NCBI GenBank assembly: GCA_964019335.1
Contig: OZ025679.1
Location: 124,001 to 188,000, forward strand
Direction of reading: 5' to 3'
DNA: 64,000 nucleotides
Origin: Diplonema japonicum
Lineage: Eukaryota > Protista > Euglenozoa: Diplonemea
Below the pieces are notes generated by a model that was not told the origin of the DNA, did no database searches, and worked only from the letters and a program-made list of their open reading frames with translations. Positions 34,280-46,511 of the stretch are shown piece after piece (position 1 is the first letter of the stretch; each line of letters starts with the position of its first letter). The translations under genes and the position numbers were made by a program.

Positions 34280-35377
34280 ATGAAACCCAATGGCCCTAGA
34301 AAACTATCGCTCCTGTTTAAAAAAGTCGGGATCCTACCCGAGGAAGGGGACATGATACGCGCTGTGTTCAGCACGGTGGAGGAGGTGAAGGGGGCAGGGG
34401 TGGAGGGGATGGTCGCGAGGGGGATCCCGGAGGAGGTCGCGAGGAAGGTTGCGGGAGAGGTCGAGAGAACGCTGTTCTACTGCGCGGACTGCAGAATGGT
34501 CCTGAACTCGGCCTACCAGTGCAAGATTCACCTGGAAGGCTTGCGGCATCGTAACCAACAGCTGGCTTTGATAAAAAAAGCGAGAAGCGAAGGAAGACAC
34601 TTCGAACCCTCTGGAATACAAGAAATAACTGAGGAATTCATCCCAGAAGGCCCACGCCCGCGAAAACCAAGAGGAAGAAGGGTCCGAGATCATCAACACC
34701 AACCACAACAAGCTCAATGCGAACACGAACACCATTCATGTTTAGTTCCAGGTTGTTACCTGCGAAAACTCGTCCATGAAGTCCACTGTGGATGCTCTTC
34801 TCAAGCGATAACGGAAATTATCGAAACGCTGTCGCACCCCGAAGGGGGAGAGCTTGTTGCGGAAGCGATTGTAGACACTTTGCACTGCTGCGGCGACGAC
34901 ATCATTGCTTCGATAGTGGGGCTGGTTGAAAACGTGCGGGATATGGCTGGTGAGGCAGAATGCGATGACCTTCTCATGAGGTTGTTGTTCCATTTGAGCA
35001 ATCATGTGAATTGTAGCCCAACGCATCATGACGATGACGTCCATTGCCCGGAGGAATATGAGATGATGGAGCTGCACAATGCAAGGAGCGAATTTCGTGC
35101 GTCAACTTGTTTGAATCTCTGTGTAACGTTGGTGTCGCATTCGTTAGTTCCTGAGGATTGTCTGTATTCTCAGATTCACTCAAATTTGACGCAGCATTGT
35201 CCTCCTTGCAGGAAACAGCTAGCGCGAGCTTGTAAGTTGATTCACGTTGTTACTGAGCCCCCACTTCAGTTCCTCTCTTTGTTGAAGGAGGAGCGGGCCA
35301 AACCTTTGCCTGCGTCCCTTAGAAAGTTGTTGACCGAAACCATAGCCATGTACGGCTCGATGCACGGTGCTATGTGA
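34280..35377 (+). CDS. Matrin/U1-type C2H2 zinc-finger protein with helical (possibly MIF4G-like) C-terminus (365 aa)
   Basis: FYCADCRMVLNSAYQCKIHLEGLRH motif. Confidence 0.7.
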   Translation: MKPNGPRKLSLLFKKVGILPEEGDMIRAVFSTVEEVKGAGVEGMVARGIPEEVARKVAGEVERTLFYCADCRMVLNSAYQCKIHLEGLRHRNQQLALIKKARSEGRHFEPSGIQEITEEFIPEGPRPRKPRGRRVRDHQHQPQQAQCEHEHHSCLVPGCYLRKLVHEVHCGCSSQAITEIIETLSHPEGGELVAEAIVDTLHCCGDDIIASIVGLVENVRDMAGEAECDDLLMRLLFHLSNHVNCSPTHHDDDVHCPEEYEMMELHNARSEFRASTCLNLCVTLVSHSLVPEDCLYSQIHSNLTQHCPPCRKQLARACKLIHVVTEPPLQFLSLLKEERAKPLPASLRKLLTETIAMYGSMHGAM

Positions 35378-35380
35378 TTG

Positions 35381-35414
<34 letters not shown>

Positions 35415-37405
35415 TTTTGAAAAATGGCTAGCTCTTTAATTACCATCTTGGGGGGATTTTTTTTTTTTTTTTTTTTTTGTGGCTGTGTGATTTTTTTCTT
35501 GTATGTGTGCTCTGTTTTATTTTTTTTTCCCCTTCCCTTCTTTGGAGTTCGTGTGGCGGGGCAAGCTCTTGCAAAACACAAAAAAAAAAAAAAAAAAAAA
35601 AAATGAAATTATTTTGCGATGGGGTCACTAGGAGGAAATATAAAAAAAATAAAAAAAAAGAACGAAAACGAAAAAAGAATTGTTTTGGCAGAGCTTCCCC
35701 GTTTCCCCTTATTTTAGACAAAGAAGGGAGGAGGGTAGGGCCGTACGAGATGAAAAAAAAAAAAAAAAAAAAAAAAAGGAAGGTGTGGACAGCCGGGTTT
35801 TTTTTTCTTTTTATTTTTCTCTTTTTTTTTTCCTTCCCCCTTTTCAAAAAGAAAAAAAAAGAACACTTTTATGCAAACTTACCGAGTAGTTTTTTTTCCC
35901 TCTCTCGTGAAGGCAGCATACAAATCGTCATTACCATTTTTTTATTTTTATTTTGCTTATTATTATCACGTGTTTTTTAAATTGATAAGTTTTTTTAAAT
36001 AAAGACTTAAGCGGGGGGAAAAAAAAAGAATCTGAAATTTTCGACCTTGATTATTTAACAGCTTAATAAAGTGGAAAAAAAAAGATCTTTTTTTTTCCTT
36101 AGGAGAAATCAAAAAAAAAAAGATTATTTTTAAAATCTAAGTTTGACTTGTTTGAGAACTTAAAGTTAAAGATTTTTTTTTTCTTCAACTTACTTCTTTT
36201 TTTAAAAATACAGTATTCGAGAAAAAGAAAAAAAAATGATTCTACTTTCTTGTAACACAAAAAGGAATCGTTCTCCAGTCCCCCCTCTCAGAAATCTTAC
36301 GGAGGCGGTAAAAAAAAAGAAGAAAAGAAATTCACTTTTTTGGCGTTCCTGTCTAACCACAGGTTTACGTTGTCATTTTTTTTTTTTCTTTTTTAAACAG
36401 TGCGCGCTTCTCTGCACACTGGGAAAAAAACAAAAAAAAAATTTTTTTTTCGAGTTTTATTTTTTTTTATTTTTTTTTCAGGTGGTGGGGATAACATGAA
36501 AATATAAGAAAAACATCAGATGTGTTGTTCACTGTTGACCTCCTCGTCGGTCATCACCGGTAGCGCCCGAGTGGAAGAACATAATGCAGATGCTCAGGGT
36601 GACGAACAGGCAGCAAACTGCACGAGCGCAGAATCTTGGTTACCCGGGACGCACCGGCTGGGGTTGAGCTGTACACCGCACGCATTAAGGACACGACGCG
36701 GAACGCAGAAGAAGCTACAGCTCGGCCGCAGCGCGCCCCCGTAATCAAGTAGACAGTTCTTGTGCAGGGCGCCGCCAACACCGGCCTCCTTTAACTCATA
36801 TATATTTTTATTTTATAAATATGTGTGACGTAGTGAACCGTATTCATTCCCACGGTATAGTTCCTATTTTGATAAGAAAAAAAAAGAAGAACCCCCCCCT
36901 TTTTTTTTCCTCTCTCTTTTTTAGCCACTTCTTCCCCTTTATTTTCTCTCTTTCATTCTATTCCTCTCTAGTTCGCTCCTTCTCGATCTTTCCCCCCCCC
37001 CCCCCCATTCTCTCTGAACCGCCATTCACCCCCCTTTTTTTTCACCCCCCTTCTTATTTCCCCTTCATTTCTTAAAAGAAGAGGAAACATGATCCAAAGA
37101 AGAAAAAAGTTCGGCACACAAAAAAAAAAAATTACATCTATCTCATTTTTTTTTTCTTTTTTTCTTTTTTTATTACTCGCAGTATTATTATTATTAGGAC
37201 GTCCCAGAGCAGGGATTTCCTTTTATCCTCTTTATTTTTTTGTTTGTTTGTTTCTACCGAACGCGACAAGCAAGCTCCACGGGGTAGTGCTCAGGGGTAA
37301 CAAGAACGTAACGACCCTGAGGGATGCGGTGGTGAATGCAAGGCAGGTCCAACAGTGGATTGTGGCAGGCATCTCGACGTCGCACGGACACGACAGGAGC
37401 CCTTG

Positions 37406-37449
<44 letters not shown>

Positions 37450-37450
37450 A

Positions 37451-38230
37451 ATGACGATGCGAACCTTACAGGTTGTAAACCTGGGCAGAAAAGGGTACCG
37501 GGAGGTGTTGAAAACACAAGAAGACATTTTCGAAAAACGAAAGGCAGGCATAGTCGGCGACACAGTTCTCGTGGTGGAGCACAGCCCGTCGGTGGTCACC
37601 GTGGGGAACAGAGAACAGGGGCGCGAGGACATCCTGGACGGCAGTATAGACGTGGTAAAAATAAAAAGAGGGGGCCGTGCAACCTGGCACGGTGCTGGCC
37701 AGTTAACCATGTACCCCATTGTAAACTTCAAAGAGCTGGAAAAGCTAGGTGGAGGGCGGGGCAAAGGCGGCTTGGTCCACTGGTGGGTATCTTGTCTTGA
37801 GAAAACGATTTTAAATTTTCTACAAGCGCACAACGTACAGGGCTGGACCTGCGACGATGTCGGGGTTTGGGTAGGGGGCCCTGTGAACCCAACCCCCACC
37901 ACACCTTTTAACCCTTTGCTTGAGAAAATTCCAGAAGCCGATCGCATTTCTGCCCTTCACGGCTCACAGAGAAAAATTGCGGCCATCGGCGTCCAGCTTT
38001 CAAGGTACTGCTCCATGCACGGTATCGCCATCAACATCAACCCTGACCTCAACGAGTTTAAAGCCATTGTACCCTGCGGGCTCTCGACCCCGGTCACTGC
38101 CCTTGCCCACGAGCTCCCCACCCCCGATCTTTCCCTCACCGCTTCCGACTGCATCCCTCAACTCATCTCTTCCTTCGTGAGTAGCCTTGGCACCTTAGAA
38201 CCCATAGATGTAACCATTGGAACACTTTAG
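37451..38230 (+). CDS. lipB: Lipoyl(octanoyl) transferase (259 aa)
   Basis: VEHSPSVVTVG, RGGRATWHGAGQLTMYPI, RKIAAIGV, HGIAIN, FKAIVPCG. Confidence 0.92.
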   Translation: MTMRTLQVVNLGRKGYREVLKTQEDIFEKRKAGIVGDTVLVVEHSPSVVTVGNREQGREDILDGSIDVVKIKRGGRATWHGAGQLTMYPIVNFKELEKLGGGRGKGGLVHWWVSCLEKTILNFLQAHNVQGWTCDDVGVWVGGPVNPTPTTPFNPLLEKIPEADRISALHGSQRKIAAIGVQLSRYCSMHGIAININPDLNEFKAIVPCGLSTPVTALAHELPTPDLSLTASDCIPQLISSFVSSLGTLEPIDVTIGTL

Positions 38231-38575
38231 AAATAGACTTGAATTGGTCGCTCTCCGTGACTGGTAAAGGTTCTAAAGGAAGACCCCCTCTTTCCCTTTG
38301 AAAATCCTCTGAGGAAGATTCTTCTTTTATATATATATATGTACCCTCAACAACAACAAAAGACGTCATCATTTCCCTCTAGAAGGGGGAGAGGAGGAGG
38401 GGAACGACGGAAGAAAGAAAGAAAAAAAGGAAACAAAAAAAAAAAGAGATAAAAAATGGGCGAAGACGGGGTCCTCATGGTGATGGACATGCTGGAACGG
38501 GACAGGCGGATGGACGTGAAATGGACCGAACAGTTGGAGAGGAGGGGGGTGAGGTATAATGTTTATTATTGTTAA

Positions 38576-40294
38576 CCCATAAAGGACCGCTATTTTTCGT
38601 CTAAAAAGTCGATTTTGAACTTTTCGTTCAAATACCAAATTAAATGGCGAGGGTGGAGTTAGAGGGTGTGTACCTATATTATTTTCACTGGAGCGCGAAG
38701 CGGCCTGCATTTCAGCCCCAGACGCGCCCAAACTGAGCAGCATTTGGGAGAAACAACTCTTGCAAAGGGCACATGCTATCCGGAGGTTCCATGGTTTCGG
38801 CAAGCAGCGCTTATTCAGCGTACAGGGTGGGCTAGTTATTTTTTTTTCACCACTTATGGCCGTTCTTTGAACACAAGGTCCGAGGTGCCGCAGATATGCG
38901 ACTTGTCCAATTTAAACGTATTTTTATTTTCAAGTGGTTTTCAAGAGGTTTTCAGGTGGTTTTTTAAGGTGTCGTTGGTGTGAAAAAAATCGGAACAGGG
39001 CATAGGGCATAGGGCACAGGGCACATTGCTACGTTGCAATCTCTGCACGAGAACATGGCCTGGGTGCGTTTTTTCTCTAATTTGTTGCACACTGCAATTC
39101 CATGCCTTTTGCATCTTTTCAGGACACATTGAAGGTGCACCCTTGGTACGTGAAGGTGCACCCTGAGGGGTAGGTATCTTTGGCTCCGGCGGGGAACGCT
39201 TGATGTGGGTGCCACCTTTTGCGTTAATATTTTTCGACAAGATTTTTTTGCCGCACACTTGCTGACACTGGGTATTCTGGGAGCAATTTCCGGGTTTTCC
39301 TGATGGTCCCCATGCAGTGGAAATCCGTATCAACAATGGGACAAGCGAAAGCAGTTGTCAAAGACAATCCAGTAATTCTGGTGCTGATATTCGGTAAGCA
39401 GCTCTGCCTCTTTCCCCTGGGTGCCCGCACCGGTACAAACAATCATGTTTAGAGTGTAACCGGTGTCTGAATCGCATTTTGAACCCATAACGCTTCCTCT
39501 TCTTGGGCTCATAAACAATGAACCCGACACGGCTTCTACAGCGTATGATGGTTCATCCACAGCAAGGTTTCGCTTGGGTACATACAAGGATGACCAAGAA
39601 GGAACCACAAGATTTATAAGATTGCGCCCTTTAGCCATTCTGTCTCCTTCTCCTCCACCAGGGGGCAACCCAAACCGCATTTGGCTTCCATTACCATTCT
39701 GAAATATTGTGAATATGAGGTATCTGTGAGCCCATCCTGTGCCCAGTAGACCTTGATATCTGTCTTGATTATGAGCCCTGCAAGTATCTAAAAGCCTCTA
39801 TACCACTCGAATGGCTTGCTGCCCACCCCACGATAGCCTTTTAGAGCCGCAGGAGTGAAAAACAACTCAAAGTACAGGACAAGCCCCTTGCTGGAGGGCC
39901 GCTCAAAAACAAAGGAAAAACCTCCAGCCCGTTGAGACCCACTACTGGTACACTTGGACCTGGTACCTTGCGAAATATTTTCCTCCCACGTTCTCGATTT
40001 TGTCATCCCATTCCATATCCGGGATATCCCCATCATCCGGTGACACTGGCCCTTCTTCAGAAGTTCTTTCGGCACTACTCCTTATGAGGTGTAAAAAAAA
40101 CAATGTCTGTGCCACTATTTTTTTTCTCCCCTTGCAGTTTGGATGCAAAAACTTACAGGCAATATAGGGTTCAGTATAAAAAAAGTCGCGCAGTAGGGCC
40201 CCTCTTTAAAGAGTGGGCATGCAGAGCACTAAAAATGCCTTAGCAGAATTTAAAAAATTTTTTAGCTGAATATTCAGCTCCGGTCCTTTATGGG
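38576..40294 (-). mobile_element. Decayed, internally deleted piggyBac transposon
   Basis: TTAA (38572-38575) + cccataaaggaccg ... cggtcctttatggg + TTAA (40295-40298). Minus-strand remnants YFELFF, NLAVDE, KCDSDTGY, FDNCF, GTIRKTRK, and Cys-rich tail KRTQAMFSCRDCNVAMC. Confidence 0.9.
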
Positions 40295-40355
40295 TTAATT
40301 TTTTTTCTCCCCCCCTTTCAAAAAAAAAAAAAGAAACGCGTTCTTGCCCCTGCAC

Positions 40356-40642
40356 ATGCAGCACGCGATGTCCCAGCGGCACCACGAGGACCCCACCACA
40401 CTCATCTCACCTCTTGCAGCAGGAGCCCCTTCGCTGCCCGTTGCAGCGATGAACGTCAACCAGAACGAGGTAGACGCTTTGCAACAAGCGCTTGACGCAG
40501 CAGCGAAGGAGAACGCGAAGATGAAGCTCATGATCAACAACTTAAACAACGAGATCGAACGGCTAGGGGGGATCCAGTTGGCCATGGAATCGGACTCAGA
40601 AGAAGAACTTGCAACCCCTGCGGAGATCGCGTGGAAACGGTA

Positions 40643-40677
<35 letters not shown>

Positions 40678-41385
40678 AGTGCCACCGCCCTGCATCACCT
40701 TCCACGAACGATCAGCGAGGAGTCCATCACTGAGGAGGCATACGACTGGAGAAGAACATTGGAGTACCGTGAGGCTGCGGTCGAACGTCGAGAACGGCTT
40801 CTCATTGAAAGGGAACACACCCTGCGCAACACAGAGGCCAAGGAGTCAGACCTCGACCAAAAAATCAAAGAAATCGAGTTAAAAGACAGGGAGTACAAAC
40901 TTCGCTTCAGAGGTCTCGAGGACCGCGAGGCCAGGGAGGGAAACCTACCCGAAATGCTCAGAGCCGCAGAGGAAAAACAGGAAGAACTGGAACAAAAAGA
41001 ACAAGAACTGGCAGAAAAAGAAGCTTCTCTAGAAGCACGGGAAGCAGAAATGGAAGCCACCGCAGTCGAGAAAGAACCAGACACACCCCCACAACGCTTG
41101 AACATCATTGTCCCTAGTCTAGGAGAGCTTTCAGGTGTCTATGACCTGTCAGAAGACATGTTAAAGGGCCGGGCACAGTGGATGTGTGATGACAAAACTT
41201 TGTATCACGAAGCTGGAAAATGGGTGATAGGGTTCAGCCATGAAATGGACGATGGGATAGTATGGATGGCGTCCACCGCTCCCCACAGAAACGCGTTCCC
41301 CCAGGCCATCACTTCCTGGTCCTTGGTCGAAGATGAAGGTGGTGACTTCATTGTTCAGACTGATATCGAGGTTACTGTTTGTTGA
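40356..41385 (+). CDS. Coiled-coil protein with C-terminal Trp-rich beta-type domain, ~329 aa. Intron 40640-40679
   Basis: 40-nt gtac-polyA-ccag intron joins the two ORFs in frame. E/K/R-rich heptads. Confidence 0.75.
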
Positions 41386-41389
41386 AGGG

Positions 41390-41431
<42 letters not shown>

Positions 41432-41503
41432 TACTTCCCCCAAGCTTGTACCATGCAAACACAAAAAAAAAAAACCGGGGGAGGGGAGTTTTTTTTTTTA
41501 AAT

Positions 41504-43020
41504 GGGTCGATTTCAAAACCCCCCCCCCAAAAAATGAGGCCAATTGACACTTTCGTTGCATCTTTGGGCATGTTGCCCCCTTTAAAAAAAATTCTCCATA
41601 TTTCCCGGCCCATATTAGGAAAGAACCCGGGTCAGAAATTGCTCAAGAGTGCTATTTTGACCTATGAAAAATTCAGTTTTAGGGTCAAAATCGGGTTTTA
41701 GTGGTTTTGGTAAAGTCAGAGAGTATGCTTTCAATAGCAAGAAATAGCGGAACTCACTACTAGAATGTGGCTGAAATGATGTTGGAAGTGGAAACCTTCA
41801 TTTCCTAGTCTTCTGCGGCTGAGATGTGCTGCTGCTGAGTGGGCGACCTCGTTTCTTTTTCATACTATTAGGCCTTCTACCGCATTTTGGGGGGTTTTAA
41901 GAGGCTCATTCGTAGGTGTACTTGGTGCTTTGGGCTTGTCATGGGGTGGCGAGTATTTTTGTAATTTTGTCACTATTCTTTCTCGTTTTTCAAGTCCGGG
42001 AAGGCTATCAAGAACGTCCTCATACTCATCACAAGATTCATAGACTGGGGGCCTTTTCTCTACCCTGTCTGCATCGAGTTCTTTGATGATGTACTTTAGT
42101 TCCTTCTAGCTCGTGGATGCGAGCAAATACACCCTCCGTGTGCTCCTGAGCTCATATGCACCTGTAAAATCCGGAAACTCAAGAATCTTCTTTTTGTACG
42201 GGCCAAAGACATCAGTTACTACATGCACGGCGCACCGTATCGTATTGGTGTCGTGTTGTGGAACGAGGCACCCAAAGCCAAACACGAGAGAGCACACCAA
42301 AGTGGCTGTCCCTGCTGTTTTTGCCGTGTTTCTCCCCCGAAACCACAGGGAAAACGTCCGATCAGGATAAACATAACGAAGACCAAAAGAACAAAGTAGC
42401 AAAATTCCTTTGCACGAAAGTGACGCCCACCGTCAGTCCAGAGTATCCACTCCATTTTTTTCTTTACTACTGTGGAACACGTTTTTTCCAACAGTAAGGC
42501 CAGCTGCCCTTATTTCGTCATGTGTGATGTGGTCAAGCCTCATGCCTCTGACCAATTGGCGCCGTGTGGTGTCTTGTTGGCTACTAAACCAACCAGAAAA
42601 TGATAGCAGAAGTGCCGCTAAAAGTTCCCCTTTACACACTACGCCACAAACTAGTGCAGCACAGTAGTTGCCACTGAGCTTCTCAAGAACCTCTGTGGCG
42701 GGTGTCCTGATCGCCGTGGTGTTCCCATTTACCCTTTCTCGGTCCGAATAGCTTCTCAACAGCAAGTTTAAAAGCATCCGTTTTTGTCACCCCCTCTTTT
42801 ACTGAATTTGTGCAAAGTGAAAAAACCCATTTTTGCCCCTAGGACTGAATTTTCTGGGTACTAGTAAAACGCACTTTCCCATTTTCTGGGGTGTTTTCTT
42901 TCCTAACCTGGGCCGGGAAAGTTGTAGAATTTTTTTTCTTTGGGAAAAAGTACTTAGAGAAATATTGAAAGTGTCAATTGGCCTCATTTTTGGGGGGGGG
43001 GGGTTTTTTGAAACGATGCC
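41504..43020 (-). mobile_element. Decayed DNA transposon with ~200-bp imperfect TIRs, Sola-like transposase remnant (ends approximate)
   Basis: 41510-41700 is the reverse complement of 42820-43015 (e.g. aaaatgaggccaattgacactttc). Minus-strand WTDGGRHFRAKEF and frameshifted GEKHGKNSRDSHFG. Confidence 0.7.
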
Positions 43021-43650
43021 AAATAGTGATCCGCAATCAAAAACCATGAAAGCCAGGAATAAAAGGAAGAGAAAAAAGAATGGGGGAAGGGGGTTCGCTG
43101 AGTTATTGGGTTCTTCAAGGGACTGCTACATTTTTTAGTTTTCTTTTTCTTTTCTTTTCTTTTCTTTGTTTGCCTTTATGGCAAAAAATGCCCCAGAGCC
43201 CTTTCCCTCTCAAAGAAAGCGATGAACATCGATACCTTTTTCTTTACCTGGTCAAAAAAAAAACTTTTTTTTTTTTAGTTAGTTATCTCTATCCAGATTG
43301 ATTCTTCTTTTTTTTTTGTATCTCCCCCATTACCCTTCCCCCCACCATCCCCTTACGTCTCCTACACCGGAAGGCCGAAGTTCGAACAGCGCAGAAAAAA
43401 AAAAAAAAGAAAAAAAAAGCAGCCCTACCCTACAGGCCGCCGTACCAGTAAAAAGGGGTCGTCCGTTAAAACGGATACGCAACACATGCGCCTAGCGGTT
43501 TATGAAGCAAACAGCAAAAGTCATTCTTCTTCTTCTTTTTTTCTTTTCTTTCCCGAGTGCTTTTTTTACCCCCCTTTTTTTTCGAAAAGTTCTTTTTCGG
43601 GGGAAAATAAAATAAATAGGGACGAGAGGACCGGGGGGGGGGGAAGAGAA

Positions 43651-45757
43651 ATGTTCAAGCCTCCAAGCCCATTGACATCCTACCTCTCCCCAGAGTCTCC
43701 CAATGCGAACGAAAGCTTCAGCGACTACGGAGCATCGACCTTCGGAGGGGTTTCAAAGGGAAATGGCAACGGTATAGCCGCGTTGAAACTGCTTAGCAAG
43801 GACGATCTTGGCATGAGTTTGGGAGAGCTCCCCATGGCGGACAGCATGGCGAGCGAACTAGGCCCTTTGAACGGAACGTTCAAAAGCGACTGCACAACCG
43901 GGGGGTATGAATACAGCACTGATGAAGGCAGCCCGTATACAGCAGTGTCCCGTCCAGATTCACCGTCTGACGAACAACAGCAACAACCGCCGTTCTCCCC
44001 ACGGCTTAAGCCTAAAAGCTTTCGCGTATCGAAGTGGAGACGGGTAAGCCGCGCAGCAATGAAAGTCTCCACAGAAGCGAGCCAGCTTTGGAAGGAAGCT
44101 ACCGACCTTCACCAGGAAGGGCACTACTTCCGGGCAAACGTTATGCTCACAAAATGCATCGATATGCAACCCCTTCCCGAGTACCATTCATCACGGTCCA
44201 TGACATGGCTTGCACTCAACAACACCGTCGCAGCCTTGAAAGACGCAATGCAAGCTGTCGAGCGTTCCAGGCTAAGCATCGAAAAGTACCTGACAAAGGG
44301 TAACGTCAACAAACAAGACCACGCTGCCTTCCTCGAGCACTACTACAGACGCGGTATATGCTTTTCAGCCCAAGGCGGCACCATGGGCTCCCAGCTTGCT
44401 CTACACGATTTCAAAGTCGCATCAACACAGTCCATTAAACTCGGACTATGGAAAGGAGACGACCCGGAAGGGTGGGACGACATAAAAGATTCTATCATAG
44501 AAGAGTACGAAGAGGAGGCAAGACAGTATGCGGAACTATCTGATGAAGAAGAATACGAGCTGGAGGAACTTGATGTCATGCTCGAGAGACGGAGGTTGGG
44601 GTTGGTCTTGGACAGCATCACTGAGAAGAAAGCAGACGTGGCGGAGAGTATGGTAGGGAACGCGGATGACTTCGACTTCTCGTTGAACTGGAAATCCCTT
44701 CCCATGAACCACACGACGCGGAACATCCTCCTCCCGAAGATATTCACACCGGACTCCGTTGCAAGGGTCATCACCGAGATGGAGCTTGGGAACAAGCTTC
44801 ACCGCAACGATTTCATTGGGCTTCTCACATTGGCGAGGGAAATCCTTCTCAAGACCGCGAACATACCGAATATCCCCGTGCCAGAGGGGACAACTGTTCA
44901 TGTTGTGGGTGACATACATGGGCAGTTCCACGATCTGTTGCATATTTTGCAATTGACGGGGTTCCCGTCAAACGAGAATGTTATAATCTTCAATGGGGAT
45001 TTCGTGGACAGGGGTGCGTACGGTGTGGAGTGCATCACCATCCTGCTGTTGCTGAAGGTTACCTTTCCGGAGTACTTTCACGTAGTAAGAGGCAACCACG
45101 AGGACCACGCTGTTAACGAGCAGTACCACTTCCTAGCAGAGGTGTTGTTAAAGTACGGGTCGTGCGATGTGTACCATGCCGTGCAGGGTGTGTTCAAACT
45201 GTTCCCTCTAGCTCATGTTGTGGGTGGTAAGATATTCGTCGTGCACGGTGGTGTTCCTGGGGGAAATGTCACGTTGGCGGAGTTGGAAGAGATCAACAGG
45301 AACAAAGATGTCCCAGACTCCGGTTATTTCTGCAACATGCTGTGGTCCGACCCCGCCGACGTTGAGGAGGAACAAGCGTCTTCCCGTGGCCGCGGGGTTC
45401 TTTTCGGAAAGGACGTCACGCAAAGCTTCCTCAACACCAACGACCTCAGCATCGTCATACGGTCGCACGACGTGACTAATTGTGTCGAAAATGGATACCA
45501 CTGGGACCACGATGGGCTCATTGTCACTGTGTTCTCAGCTCCCAATTACGGGTCGTGTGGCAATAAGGCGTCAATAGCCGTTATCGACCACACGCTTGTT
45601 CCTCAGTTTAAGGAATTCGGGAGCACTGATGCGCCTTCCTCGTTCATGCCAAAGGTTTGCGGTTATTGGGGGGGGGGAGCAAGAAAAAAAAAAATAATTT
45701 TTGTAATAAATAAAACAGGCCGCGCCCCATCCTTACCATTTCAATTTCAGTGCGTGA
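43651..45757 (+). CDS. PP5-like Ser/Thr phosphatase (TPR-like repeats + PPP catalytic domain), ~680 aa. Intron 45655-45718
   Basis: GDIHGQ, GDFVDRG, RGNHE, HGG, WSDP, RSH, FSAPNY. TPR-like helices upstream. 64-nt intron gives terminus AAPHPYHFNFSA*. Confidence 0.88.
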
Positions 45758-46511
45758 AGAGAGAAAGAAGGAAGAAGACCTCTGTGTGTTTGTTGAATAT
45801 GACTCTTTCGATTTCCCACTCCCATTTTGTTTTTCATTTTTTTTTTTATCTCTACCTTTCTCTTCACAACGAGGAGGTTGGGTGGGTGGATATGGGTGCA
45901 GCGGTTTCCCCCCCCCCTTTTTTTTTCTTCGTCCTTTCCCTTTCCCCCTCCCCCCTTCCCCCCATTCATCCAAAAGGAGCGTTGAGAGGAGAACAAATTT
46001 TGTGCGCACGCAGAACAAGTCTTTTTTTTTGTCAACATCTGCCCTTTTTTTCTCCCCCCCCCAAGGCATAATGTGCACACGTGGCGTATCGTTGGGAATT
46101 GCTCTGAGCTCCCCAATAATGTCGATTCGTCTGTGTGCGCTGCATGCTTCAGAGCAGTTAAATGCTGTTGCAATTACCCCCGAAACTCAATGGTATGAAG
46201 GTACCCCTTTTTTTCTTTGGTACAACAGCGTGGACGGCTCTTTTTAGAAAAATAGTAAAAAAAAAAAATAATAAATAAATAAATAAAAAAAATTATCTCT
46301 TTCGTCGTCATATGGTCTTCCGTGGCCGTCGTCCGTAGTTAGAGCATAGGTGGATATGTGGCCCCGTACAGTCCAAGTTTGACACAAAATTTAAGGAGCA
46401 TCCCCTCCTCCATCACCCGTCCCCCGTCCACCTCCTTTTCCGGAATAGTAGTGATACATATTATTTTTTTCTTCTTTCTCCTTTGATCTCTTGTTTTGCA
46501 AACGAGAATTA

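Noticed and set aside
35424-36499. Poly-K/poly-F ORFs here and in other spacers
   Set aside because: Translations of homopolymer tracts.
36520-37406. Two short GC-richer islands (36520-36790, 37257-37406)
   Set aside because: Possibly decayed gene fragments, but no recognisable motif or consistent frame.
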